Shown: piece after piece, positions 46,765 to 60,599 of the stretch | Position numbering within the stretch: position 1 is the stretch's first letter | Layout of the letters: the number at the start of each line of letters is the position of its first letter | Assembly (NCBI GenBank): GCA_015680685.1 | Contig: MNCI01002026.1 | Location: 1 to 64,000 of the forward strand | Length of the DNA stretch: 64,000 nt | Direction of reading: 5' to 3' | Source: Gnetum montanum | Lineage: Eukaryota; Plantae; Gnetophyta | Position numbers and translations under genes: made by a program | Notes under the pieces: model-generated | The model's input: only the letters and a program-made list of their open reading frames with translations | The model's database searches: none | What the model was told of the DNA's origin: nothing

Positions 46765-47950
46765 AATATTGAGAACTTAGAAGGAGGGTTAAATAAGTTC
46801 CACTAATAAAAATCAAAATTACACTCAAATGTATGTGATTTCCCAACTGGGATACTTCCAAATGCAGAGGGTAGAATCCTTGCATACTTGTGAACTTTGT
46901 TTCAGAAAAAATGTGGTTTCAAAGATACAACAACCTTTACAAAGTTTGAGCTCTGCAATGAGTGTTTTCACCAAAAAACACACCTAACCCCACAAGGTCC
47001 CAATAAGCTTAAAATATGGTTTCAAGGATCCCATAACTTTTACAATAACTTGAGCTCTACATGGGGTGTTTTCTCTTAAGAAACACACCCAATCTTGCAA
47101 GATCCCAACAAGCTCAAGGGATGCCTTCCCACAAGAAGCACATCAACCTTGCAAACTTACAAAGTAAGAAAAGAAATCAAAGAGAGAATGTAACTACAAT
47201 TATAAATTTCTTGTAATGAGGCTCTTGACATTTACAATACTTAACTCATAAAAGAGAAAGCATTGAAGATCGAAAAAATTTGCAAGCATTTTACAATGAA
47301 GGGAATATTCATGTGAAAAGTGCTTGTCCTTTTTACAAAGATATTTTTTCTTTTATAGCCTTTGTTCTTGTCAAATAACCATTGAGGTTTGTATAAAGGC
47401 TAGAAAATAGCTAGTTGTGATGCCTCATTCAACCTTGGGATGTACTAAATTTCTAATGCTTTTAGGTGGAACATCTTACTTTTACCAAGTTTTCTCAATT
47501 TTACTTGGGATGTTTCACTAATCTTCTAATGCTTGTAGGTGGAACATCTCACATGGGATGTTTGGGCTGGGACATCTCAACTGTTCTTAGGATGTCTACT
47601 ATTTTTCTAGGATGTCTCGATTGAATTTTATATTTCTTATTAGGGACATCTACTACTCCTCTAGAACATCTCAATAGCTACCAAAACATCCACTTTTGAC
47701 TTGAAGATATCTTCCATTCTTGCATTAAGACTTTAACAATCAAATTGACAACTCAATTGTCATCTTGATCTCAACATGTCTTGGTCTTCACCATGCTCCT
47801 ATCTTGATCTCATCATATTCTTGTCAAGCTCTTGACTTTGTTTTGAAAGATTCCATAAGCACATTTTTCACTTTCTCCATTTTTCAAGGTTTTTACATAC
47901 TAAAAGATCAATAATAAGTGCTCAAATTTGAATAATAAAGATGCCTCAAG
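46765..47950 (-). mobile_element. Copia (SIRE-like) LTR remnant
   Basis: AGAAGGAGGGTTAAATAAG resembles the reverse of the ATTCACCCCCCCTCT LTR-end signature; minus-strand CTATAAAAG near 47352; clustered GGATGTC/GACATC motifs at 47440-47680. Right boundary uncertain. Confidence 0.5.
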
Positions 47951-49949
47951 TATTTGAAAGACTTGGGTCTTTATGATCTCAATGATTCATAAGAATTTCA
48001 TAGTCAAAATAGAGACATCAAGAGGACTTTTTCTACAACATCACACAACCACATTAAGCATGCAAAAAATATCTAATAAATTTATCTAAATTTCATTAAT
48101 CTTCTTGTTCATCATCTAGTTCATAAATTAAAGGAAAAAATGCAACCAATTTCATGATATAGAGTGGCTTTTAAGACAAAAAAATATTAGAATATATTAC
48201 ATCAAACACTTGGCTCCCAAACATTCTTAATACATACTCATGATATAAAATCAAAAATAAAAATAATAGAATGAAACATAATTAAACACATGAATTTAGC
48301 ATCACCTGATGAATTTATTTGCCCATCTTTGGGACAATCTATGGCTCTTAATTTATAAGAGATTTTCGAGAGAATAGAGAGATATTATGAATGTAAATTA
48401 TGAGAATCGATTAAGAGACATTGTTAGAATATTTAAAAGAAAGTAATTGTGAGAAAACTTATCAAATAATAAGGATAATTTGAATTACTATGGAAGAGCT
48501 TCAAATAAAAGAATAATTTTTGTAATAAATAATGCGAGAAAGGATTGTTCTTCATGGATTAAAGAATGCTATGACAACCTCTCAAATGGACTAAGAATGA
48601 AGCAAGAAATAAGGAAAAAGAGCTTTATGTCATTCATCTTGGTAATGTTAAATGCTTCATTCTATGTATACAATGAGGCACATGGCCTCTATTTATACTA
48701 TTTAAAGGAGCTAAATTTTCCACATTTGGCATTTTCATCATAAAAACTCTATTAATCCCCTCTTTTCTTTTTGACTAATTTTCTCTAATAATGTCTTTCT
48801 AAAATTATTTTAATCATTTACAAAGCATTTCTAGCCTTTTCTTAGTCTATAAATTTTTCATAAAAATATTGACTATTTACATGATTTTGAAGATTAGATC
48901 TCAGGCTAGAAAATAGAATGTATTGTAGGATAGAAAATAGATATAGGAAATTAAAAAATGAATCCTATTCCTAAATTAGAAAGATAACAGAACAAGATTT
49001 ATTATAGATTGGTACAAATTATAAAAGAAGGCTAAAACATAATGGGAATACAAAGTGCCAACAAGATGGCAAAGAGAAATCAAAAAACTCTAGTGGACTA
49101 AAAAGTGCTTAGAGATTTTGATGTGCAATGAAGAAATTGTAGAACTACTATTACAAGAGAGCATTTTCTTTGTTTAGAGATTGAGAAAGTAACTATAACT
49201 TTAGAAATGATTTCCAATTAATTGGTAATAATACCTAAATGATTTTCAACCATTTTTTGGATATCTTCTTATTAATAAGCCAAAAATGTCTTGTAGATCA
49301 TGAATAAATGATGCATTAGGATCCATAGAATCTCTATGAGGTTTTGAATAGGAGAAATGATGTGTGCATATGAAACAAACATTGAAAGTATAGTTAATAT
49401 GAGAAGTGAGATCAAATGTCAAATTAAGATTGATGTTAGATGCCAATGAGAAAAAATGATGTTATACATCAAACACAAAGTTTTTTTAAAAAAGATAAAT
49501 TCAAAATCAATGTAAAAATGATGTCAAACATTGAAACTAAAGGCTAAGAAAAGAATCATCCCAAAATAANACAACAAACTCACTTTAAAGATGACAAAGA
49601 TTTCCTTAAGTATAACATTAAGAATTATAATTCTCATTACCTCCTAAAGAAGGGATTTTTTGAAAAGTATGATCCATGGATTTCTTCATTCTAAGGTAAA
49701 AAACTTAAGATGAGCTTTTCATGTTTTTTAATTAAAAATACAATGAAAATGTTGTAAATTTAACTTGGAAGTGTTGTACTCAATTTGGCTTTTATGCATA
49801 AGCTAGAGTTGGAGGTACACTCTATGGCCTTTTTAGCCTAAGCCATTATCAGCAATTCCAGATTTGATGTCCTACATCATCAACAACATTATTTCTAGTC
49901 CTCATCTTTAGTGTCTATGAGAAATGATGTTCACAAATTTGCAACGNTC

Positions 49950-51130
49950 TCAATGGAGAGTGATAAATAAAATACATATTTATGTGTTAATTTTTATCAA
50001 TTTCCAAGATGAGTAGGACATTAACATTTTGTTCAATTTTGAGTTACTCTTCATTGCTAGCAATAATAGCACATCCACAATTTAATGCTTCAAATTCAAT
50101 GATCTGCTCAATGCATGGATACATGTGTATTGATGCATCACTATTAAAGAATCATCTAATTTTATTTGATGATTCTTTAGCTATTAATGTAATGAGTGTT
50201 GCATTACCCTTTTGAGTTGTGTTCCCTTCTTCACTCATTTTAGCTTTTACATCTTCTTATTTGTTTAAAGTTCTTTTGTTTCAAAATATAATTTAAGGGA
50301 AGCCCATGTTTAAACTAACACTTTTATTTAAGGTGTGCTTTTTTTTTTGCAAAATTTTCAAGAAAGATCAATATTTTTGTTGTTTTGTTTTTGGGAATTA
50401 CCTTGATATTACAAGAGTCTTCTCTTTGATCTTCATTATAAATCTCTTTCTTTGGTTCTTTCTAATGTAGACTTGCTTATTTTCATTATTAACATTCTTC
50501 ATATTTTCAAATGTTCTTATTTAGAAGAAAATATTATCAATAGTAAGTTTATTGTAGTCCTTGCTTTGCACAAAGATCATCATCATGTTTTGATATTTTA
50601 GATCATCGTACAAAGCAACAACTTTTTGAACTTTTTTTCTGTGGGTAAATATATAGCCAAATTCATCAATATTCCTAATGCATTCATGAATTCTTTTAAA
50701 TAAATCTTTAATGTTCTTACCTTTCTTTATCTTAAGTTTGTGAAACTTGATTTTATTTAGGAATTCTTGCATTTGTTGATGTTCCTATGTGCTAAAATAT
50801 TCATAATGAAATTTCTCCTACATTTGTTAGGATAATTTTAATGGATATTATTTTCTAATTATTGTTGGAGATACACTAAAAATAATAATCATTTTTGCTA
50901 ATGAGTGCTTCTTATTTTTTATGTTCATCTATTTAACCTAATATGGTGAAATCATTCTCCTTTGATGGAGAAAATATGGCATCATCATGAAAGCCATTTT
51001 TAGTCACCTCTTAAGCATTATTATATTGAATAAGTATTTTCATCATGCTACCCCAAATCATAAATTCTTGAGTGTCATTAGAAATGATTGGGAACTTTAG
51101 GACATTTTTCTTTGTAGAAATCTCAATTTT
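49950..51130 (-). pseudogene. Ty1/copia gag (UBN2-like) and protease remnant
   Basis: FHKLKIKKGKNIKDLFKR..G..KVQKVV..QSKDYNKLTIDNI fits Copia gag; *FFNSDASIHM fits W..DSGAS.HM. Confidence 0.65.
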
Positions 51131-54100
51131 TTGTTGGCTTGGACTAAAACTAGTGCTCCAATATCACTATGCTAAATTTGAGAAGTGTGGAAGCTACTTC
51201 AAATTTATTAAAATCCTTTTCAAAATGAGAGTTTTTTTGGTTGACAATGATATCATCATAGATTCTGGTCTTCTTATGGAAAAGACTATAGTAATAGAAC
51301 TTAGATCACAAGTTCATTAAGGGTTGTGGCATTTTTCACAATATCACTATAGGTTGTGGTATAATTTTAAGAAAAAAATTAAAAGCCCGTAACTTCTTTT
51401 TTACTAGGATTTTATATTTGATCTTGAGCTCATTAGAAATCTTTTAGAAATATTTATCTACCTCTAACATTTTAGATCAATTGTGGGTCATTTGTTTGAT
51501 CAAATATTGCTTCAAATAATACCTCTTGAAACTCACTAATTTTTGCAAAATTCATCATCAAGAATCATGGGAAAAGACAAGAAGTTATGTTCTTCAAACC
51601 ACGAATCTACCATGGGTAATGGTTTACTTAGAAAAAAAATTTCTTTGCTCAAATGAATTAGATTCAATTTCAATCTTGGAAATTACTTTGACTAATCATC
51701 TAAAATTATTCTAGAATGATGAACTAATAAACATTGGCGAGAATTAATAAGTAATGAGGAGAATGAGATAAAATTGAGAGTGTAAGAGTAATGAGAGTAA
51801 TGGAGGAAGAAAATGATGAGTGTGAGAAAGAATGTTTTATCTATTATTCATTTGAAATTTTATGAAATCATTAGGTTTATTTAACATCATCATATTTTTG
51901 ATGCATCAATATTAACTTTTTTTCTTCATTGTTGAAAAGAAAGAAATGATCTCCAATTTATAAAATTGGATCAAGGCCATAATACATTATTTGAGGACAC
52001 TTTAAATTATGGAATTGCAAGAGGTATTTGGAACCATATTTTGAATTTTTAATAAAATTCTTTTAGACTTCCAAGTTCAATTTACAATATTTCATTAATT
52101 TTTAATAAAAAATAAAAAATTCATCCTAAGAATTTTGCCTTAGAATGAGTAAATTGATTGGTACATTTCCCATGCATTGTACTTTCCAATAGTAAAACTA
52201 AGAAAAATAAAGGAAAAAAAAATATTTTAGTGCCCTAATTCTTAAAGGTTGGGCTATTATTTGAGTTCTTCACTTTTCTCTTGAGTTTTAAATGTTTGAT
52301 TTTATGTTTTAGTTTTATGTTCATGATATATGATATCTTGGACATGTTTCAAGGGTTTGATGTTTGTGAATGCATGGAAAATTTTCTTTACTTTTTTTTC
52401 TTAGAATTAGAAGGCTTAATTTCTCATTCAACTCTAATTTATGTTTCTACTCTCATTTTGATTTAGAATTTGGGAAGTTGGCAAGTCCTCTTTTAGGGTT
52501 TCTTGTTAACCCATGAAGTTTAGCACAATTTCTCTTTCAATCTTATTGAATTGAGCCATTAGTAAGCTTTGAAGGCTTGAGGCATGAAGGATGCATATTT
52601 CCATCTTAAGTTCTACATGATTTGAAGGAAAATTCTTAAGTTTTCATGAAGATTATCATGTTTTTCGTCCTTGCACATGGTAGGGCATTGTTTCCAATTC
52701 TACTCTAGATTTGATGTAATTTGTCAATTAAATGCCTCAAATCTATTGTTAGAAAGGTAAGCTACATCTCTCCTACCTTCTATGCCCTTCTTAAAACCAG
52801 ATTTCTATGTAATTTTCATCTTGATATTTTGGTATTTTGTTTTCCTATGTATGGTTTTGGATCGTAACCTTGCCATGAGTTGTGTTCATGTAGATAAAAA
52901 TCATAGTATGAGCTATGATGAACCTAGAAAATGATCATGACCCCTGGTCCATTTGTGGTTGTAAGTTAAACTATGAAGAAGTACAAGGGCCAAAATGACC
53001 AACAGGACCAATCTACAACTTGTGTTCTACCTCGTGGTCATTATCATAATCCATTCCCTAAGCTATGATTTACTTAGTTTGAATTTTTTCTTTGTTTTGC
53101 AAGCTCACAACATAATCATGATCCATGTTGAATTTACCATAAATTCAACATGGATCATGATTATGATTATGTTGAATCCATGGATCAACATTTTAGATTC
53201 AACATTTTAGCTATGATCCTTGTTGAATCCATGAGCTATGGCCTTATTAGTTTTCACCATAAGTAACCTCGTCAACTAGTGGTAGAGATGTGATCAACAT
53301 TTCTAAAGAAATTCAAAGTTTGAATTTTAGATTCAAGTAGCAAAGAAGGATCTTATTTATGCTATGTATCCCTGTACAATTTCATTAGATAAATAGTTCA
53401 AATAGGTGATGCTAGAAACCCAAGATAATTGATGGCTTCATGAAGTTCTCTGGCTCAAGAAAGAGAATATTCAAGATTACATTCTTTATTCTAATCCTAA
53501 ATAGATTTACATAGTAAAAAAATTAGTGTTTCTAAAAATTGGGAAAGTGTAAAACAAAAGAACTATTTCTACTTGAATAGCATTAAAGAAACCTTAATTC
53601 AAAGACAAACTATTTAATAGGTGCCATTCCTTGCAATGCATAATTAGTAAACTATGAATGATATCTTATAATCTAAGATTTGATATAGGTAGATGACTCA
53701 AAATTCCTCATGAAAAGTGAGTATATAGATGTTGGGATCAAAATAGCATTAAATATACAACACTACATTTTCCTAGAGTATATTACTTTCAAGCACACTC
53801 TAATTATCAATTTGGTTGATTTATTACAAATGTTACTAATAACATTTGGTAAATTTTTAATGATATTTCCAAAACTCATAGAATATCCATTTTTACTAGC
53901 CAATAAATTCAAAAGTTATTTGAAAAGCAATGAAATTTCAATTTCAATATATTAGCATGTAGAGATGCTAATGTTACTAGACTAAGTGAATTTCACATAA
54001 TTATTAGATATTTTGACTAAAAGAAGATATACAATGAACCTCTTAAAAAAAGCTTATCACATTATAGTCGAAGAAAACTTGTAAATAGAAAAATGGGAAA

Positions 54101-54257
54101 AGGTATACTAAGAAATAATTATATAAAATATGAAAAAATTGCAAACACATGAAGCACATAAAAGGGCAACACAAGTAAGTAACTTATATTATTCAAATGA
54201 AATTGAAGCTTTATTATATTTCAAGACCCATAGGATTTATTAGATAGATATTAATTT

Positions 54258-54450
54258 TTATGAAAAATAAAGATAGGCTCTACAAGTTGACCAAAAAACA
54301 ATAAGGATAGTAAAAAAAGTCATACATGTTTTTGCTATAACATTATAACGTTGTGTCAAATAGGTATTCACATCACAAGAAAGAAACACATGTAATTTAT
54401 CTTCAAGGGCTTCTAACCTACACAACCTACAAATGTGCTCTTCTTGGGGG
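54258..54450 (-). mobile_element. LINE ORF2 C-terminal Cys/His fragment interrupted by element C
   Basis: PQEEHICRLCRLEALEDKLHVFLSC..RY matches the LINE end motif P.EERIC..C....EDE.H....C. Confidence 0.6.
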
Positions 54451-55903
54451 TGAAACACCATGAAAATTTTGAGGCCTCAACGGTTCAGCAAAATCTCGTG
54501 ACTCAGGTGAAGATTTGTGACAAGATGCGGCCCGGCAAGTTCTCTTTTCAGTTAAGGGTCTACTCCACCATGATACACAGTGCAACATAATGAACTCCAG
54601 AGGAAGAAACAAGACCAGGGATCCACAATGGAAAGCTTTCTATGTTACAAAAATCTTAACTTTTGGAATATTACGTTGCATTACGCAACATAGCATAACA
54701 TAGCATAACGTAGCGTAATGCTTAAAGGTGGTCCATCGTAACAATAGAGATGGCAAAAAATTCAGGACCTTGACAACCTAGCAAAATCTCAAGGCTTAAA
54801 TAACAATTTGAAACATGCTACATAGTTTAATAAGTTTTCCTTTTCAAGTAAGGGGCCTATTACACTGCATTACGCAGTGTAGCGTAATGAACCCCAAAAG
54901 AAATGAACAGAAACAAAGGAAGTGCGATGACAACACTTCAATTTTTGCAAATTTTATTTTTTACACTGAATTACGCTACGTAGCATGATTTAGCATGATG
55001 TAGCATAATCTAGCACGATGCAACATAATCAAAGAAAAAGAAGTTTTTCTCCAAAGTTCCAACAAGAATGGTTTACGACATATTATGCTGCAAACGTAAT
55101 ATAGTGTGGCGCCATGAGCTTCAAACACAATCGCATCAAGTTAATGGCATCTTATGGGTTCAGGAAATGCATCATCTGAACCACATTTTTCTCCTAACCC
55201 TAACCTTATAAATATTCCAGTTAACAAAGATCAAAGGGTTGGCAGAAATTTTCCTAAGATTGACAAAACTTTCTCCATGAGCGATTTTCTTCAATTGGCA
55301 ATCGTTGACAACTTTTGGCAAAGATTGACAAGAGAACAAAGGAGGATCAATGATCGTAAGAACATCGAAGGTGATTGGCAAGAATCCTTGATCGTAAATA
55401 GCTAGTTAATAGATATTCAACTTCAGGTTTGACCTCCTTGTACCCAGATTGGCTAGAACAAGGTAGATTGACCTTTGCTTACTTTATCTTTAAATAGCTT
55501 TCTTGTTGTTGGAATGTGTTTCACCTAAATTGAAGTCTACCAGCAATCATTGTATCTAATATATTTTTTCATGAATTAAATCCTAGATCTTTGGATTTCT
55601 AGCGTTCTAAATCTGATCTCTTGTGTCCTATCTATATGGATCTTGCAAACCGTTTTAAATCGATTACATCATTTTCAATTACCTTCGAGATTAACGATAT
55701 TATATCTCTACATAAAAATTGTCTGCCATCTGATTATCACAAAAATTTTACTAATTAAGTAAGTCCCTATCTAATCAACAAGACCATTCAAGGCACCTTA
55801 GATTCACTTTCTCCAGCACGGCCCTCACACGGATCCGGGGTTGGAACTGTGTACATGAACTTTTGTTCGGTATTTCCAGCGATCGACGTTTTCCATTATT
55901 ACA
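54451..55903 (+). repeat. C 5' LTR
   Basis: Starts TGAAACACCA, ends CA before the PBS; shares the U5 motif with A and B. Confidence 0.8.
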
Positions 55904-55909
55904 ATTTTT

Positions 55910-55926
55910 TGGCACTATAAGGAGGC
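55910..55926 (+). other. C primer-binding site
   Basis: TGGCACTATAAGGAGGC, homologous to the A PBS. Confidence 0.75.
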
Positions 55927-56249
55927 CATAAACCTCTGATCCATACTTTATGGGTAGTCTTATAAGCTGTTTGTACCCATTGTCAATCAACGTAAATGTA
56001 ATACCTCCGAGGTTGTTTACGGGATTGTGTGGTGCAGATCGGTCGCTTCGATGATTCCTTTGGAATCCTACAAGATAGAAAGCCCCAATTATTACATTAA
56101 TTTTCCTCTACCCTTGCGATCTTTATCCTTATCGTCATTATTTATCAATTGCGTAGAGAATGACTACATCAACTATCGCTGTTGACACTGCCAACCTTGA
56201 GAATCCTTGGACCATGCAAGTTACGCTTCTTGTGGTCGAGCTGCCAATT

Positions 56250-59200
56250 AGTCCGGTGCGACAACATTGCTCCCTCAGGCTGTAAAATAAGAAGCCTGAG
56301 GGACATGTTTAGTGTAGGGAACACTAAAATTTCCTCTATGCTAAACTAGTAGCAAACCTACCCATGTATCCACAAGAATTTGAGGAAAAATGAGAATACG
56401 AGTTCATGTACTACAACGAGAAGGAATTTATTCCTTTACTTAACACCACTGTACCCCTGACAGATCAACAAAAGTGGATCCTACATCAAATGCTGATGGT
56501 GAAGACATCGCCAGAACAACTAGAGGAGTTGTTCCATGATGAAATGCTTCATGATAGGAAAGACGATCTAGACTCTCACTCTGAGGGAGGTAGTCACGCT
56601 GATTTCACCATGGCCCCTCCCTCCACAACGTCCCGCGTAAATCCGTTGTTCATGGTCACCACACCTTTAACATATTCTAATACTAATTGAGTCCCACACT
56701 CACCGTGCCTACATTTTCTCTCTCCAACTATCTTTCCAGGTGACAACCCAGCACAAATCATTCCTTAGCAGGTGCAATTACCTAATCCATCTCATCGTGC
56801 ACCTAAGCCTATGTCACTACATGTGCACGTGATACCTACATTGCAATTACCTACAACATCCACCTTCATCTTGACTCACATGATAGGGCCTACCACTATA
56901 GCATGGTAGGTTTCAAACATGCCTCTCATTGTGCATCCTACGCAAATGCCCCATCATCCCCATCATCAAAGCTAGGTCCCGAGAGCGCTAAACCCCATTG
57001 CAGGATTGTTGTCTATGCCCTTGGCTACACAAACAATGTATCCAATGCCGCAACCAATGGTGGTCACCCCATCTGCACCAACTACTGAATGGTAGATGCC
57101 ACAAGCAACACTACCTGCAGGGACCATCCCGATAGCATTGACCATCGGCCAAACTACTGCCTCCAATCTACCACCTGGTGTGGCTCCTCCTGCCATTCCA
57201 CAAACAACTTCATCGTCTACGGGTCTAGACCAAGCCTTCCATTTCATTCAGACCCTTACAGAAGAGGTTAAGAGTCTCAAGGCTGCTAGTTCTGACATGA
57301 TACAAGTCATGGATTTCTACGATGATGATCCTATTAGTCTAGTAGTCCCTATCCTGTCGTTGCCACTTGGGATGCCCCTTTCCCATTTTACAAAATACAA
57401 TGGGGAAGGTGATCCCAACACCCACCTGGTCACTTTTAGGTTAGAGTCCTTATTACTACAACAATGGCCGCATACTATAATCCATGTCTTTGCTATGTCC
57501 TTAACAGGTAAAGCTCTGGACTGGTATCGAGCACTTCCATGTGCTTCCATCTCAACTTTGGAGGAGCTGTTCACTCAGTTTGTGACCCATTTCAAGTACA
57601 ACCTGAAGCTGGAAGTCACGCTGGACCAGATCATGGGAGTCAAGCAAGACCCACTCAAGTCAGTACAAAAGTTCATATAGTAGTGGAGTGCCACCTTGAA
57701 TGAAATCTACGAACCCATTGCGGAGGCCCATCTACTAGCAATCTTCAATAACGACTTTATCAAGTCTAAGTTATACTACCTTGCTTCCCACTCCCTTAGC
57801 CAAGCCTTTGCTTAGACTAAGAGCATACAAGATGCAGCAGAGGCTAGCAAATATGTAGCATATGTGGTCTACAAAAATGCCCACAGCAAGGGCAAGGATA
57901 AAGGAAAAGCTATGACAACAATAGTAGCGGTGGTTGCCGAAGGGGCTAAAAAGAAAAAAACAACAAGAAAACACCTGCAGAGCCTCCTAAGCTGAAAACT
58001 AGCTTAAACGACACTAATCAAGAAGCTCCTTCTTCCCCTAAAGCCCCTTCACAGCCGAGGCCTAAGTTTGAGTGTAAGGATTGCTCAAATTACATGATCC
58101 TACCTGTAAAGCCTTTTGAACTCCTGAAGCAATTATTGGGAATTGGCCACATTTGACACAAGACGGTGTCTGAGGAATCTCTAAAATGCCACAAGTTCCA
58201 TTGTGAGCTACTCAAGAACCCCTCCTTGGCCCAACCTAATGAACTGCCAGTTCCCAAGAACTTTAGGCTAGACCGATTTTGCGACTACCATCAATTGTGT
58301 GGCTATGACACGAATTACTGCTGGGCGTTGAAGGATGACATTCAACGTCTGATCGATCAATGTGACCTGATCTTAGATAGCAGTAGCCCAGCACACCCAG
58401 AAAACCAAGCCATGCATGTGTACCGAGACCCATTAAATGCAAATGATGCAGGGTACACCGTCAACGTATTAGGAGCAAAGGGCGATAGTCAGGCACAGTT
58501 AAAGCAGCCTTTCGTGTTACGAATGCATCCTCATCTGCCCCAAATAGCAGGTCCATCAGCACTAATGAGTGGTGTTCCAAGGCAACCTTTTATCCTTTGA
58601 GCCCTATCTTAGACCACTGCTCGACAACCCGCTGTCAGTAAAGCCGCGGCCCAACTTGCACCTACGCCCAAAGCACCCTTTGTCATCAGGGTGCCAAAAC
58701 CATCAACCGTTCCTTCTATGTAGGGGCAAATCTTCAAATCAACCCCCCAATCCCAACTTAACAAAAAAGGAGGAGCGGGTATGACAACTGATACGGCCAA
58801 GGACTGTCTTATGCTAGGGTTTCCTAAGCCTAAACCCCTCACTTCTGTACCCTTGGCCCCACTTGCTAAAAATGATGAAGTTACAAAAATGCAACCATCT
58901 CCTCCTAACCAAAAGAAACATAGCCCTCGACCAAATGTCACTCCTTCCCAACAAATTCGTCTCTTAGGGTGAATGGAAGAGGAAAAGGTTGACAAGCAGC
59001 TAAATCATGGACGGGATCTCTTCGATGCCTTTACGCAAGTCAAACAGGCTCTAAAAGAAAAAAATACAACATTGAGACTTTATGACTTACTCATGATGTC
59101 ATAAAAACATCATGAGGCTATGGTTCATATGCTAATGTCCATACCCATGGACGAAAGCCTGCCAATGGATGAAGAAGCAATTCATTCCATCATGCTTCCC

Positions 59201-59930
59201 CTCGTCAATAAAAAACCTAGGCCTACCTTGTTGACCTTTCATGACGAATCCATTAAGGACAACCCTAAAAAAGGTCAGGTGATAACAGTGCCCATGTTCA
59301 TCACCATCCAGGTTGGCCAACACTAAATCCGAAGATTACATGTAGATGACGGGGTGACCGCTAACGTCATCCCAGATCCCATAGTGGATAAACTAGGCCT
59401 AATTGATTAGATCAATCCTACCATAACGTCGTGTCTAAATTCGTTCAATGGGGCACGAGTGCAAGTCAAAGGGACAGTGCACATCAACTTTGTGGCAAGG
59501 GATCAGTTCCCCACAGACGCAACGTTTATTATCATCGAAGAGATGCCTAGCTTCAACTTGATCCTAGGGAGGTCTTGGTTAGCTCAACTGAGGGTAGTTT
59601 CATCACCTATCCATCAAGAGATCCATCTACCCTATGCAAGAGGAGATGTGATCATCCACGGTGATGAAATAATCCCTTAGGTTGTCAATAACATAGAGAT
59701 GGAATAGGGGTCGAAAATCGAAATGCCTGAAGATCAGTCCCCTGTCCAAACACTCGAATGAGCTAAAATAGTGGCTGATGATAGCCTACCTTGGGCCAAA
59801 CTACCATTCCAAGGGGAAGATTGTGGAATGAAGGAAAAGGGTCATAAATCTCCTCATCTTTACGCATCACAAAAAATAAAAGCAATCAAGAAATAATTAT
59901 AGAGTTAGCAGGTAAACCTCGTTATCTAAC
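56250..59930 (+). pseudogene. gag: C gag-protease frame (decayed)
   Basis: KYNGEGDPNTHL..F.MSLTGKALDWY; FCDYHQLCGYDTNYC; LHVDDGVTANVI; FNLILGRSWL. Confidence 0.9.
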
Positions 59931-60059
59931 TGCCATGCAGTTTACGTGCATTTTTCCATTAGCTATCCTATTGTTTCTTTACAAATACTCATCACATTTA
60001 CGCATATCTTTATGCTTCCACCAGTTTTCTTTGTTACTCTTACCTTTATCTAAAATTAA

Positions 60060-60490
60060 TCAAAGGCCCAAAATGGCCTAAAACTAGCGAAGGCCCAAAA
60101 TGGCCTTAAATTAGCAACCTCATTTACACTTTGCACCTGAAGTATCTAATGGCCAAAAATGGCCTAAAACTAATCATGGCTTGCCATGGCTTAAAATTGG
60201 CGACTTAGTGTTATTTATTTTATTCTTTCATGCATATAACAAAGGCCCGAAATGGCCTAAAACTAGCGATGGCCCGAAATGGCATTAAACTATCCATGAC
60301 CCACAATGGCCTTAAACTACTTATTTCAATCATAGTTTATGCTTGAACTAATCAAAGGCCCGAAATGGCCGTAAACTAACAATTTCATTTACGCTTTACA
60401 CTTGAATTATTTAGCGTCCTGCAGTGGCTTTAAACTTGTAACTTCATTACTTCTACACTCTTAAACTAACTACGACTTGCCATAATGCCA
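60060..60490 (+). repeat. GGCCCRAAATGGCCTAAAACTAG repeats after the C gag-PR stop
   Basis: About 10 degenerate copies. Confidence 0.8.
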
Positions 60491-60599
60491 AAACCTACGA
60501 TCCTGTTTACACTTTACATAAAAAGAAAACAACAAAAGAAAATTAAACTCAAGAGAAAATTTGCATTAAGTACATTAAAAGAAAAATATTGTCTCTCGT

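Noticed and set aside
49200-49460. Possible Copia RNase H C-terminus (LQDIF)
   Set aside because: Too degenerate to support.
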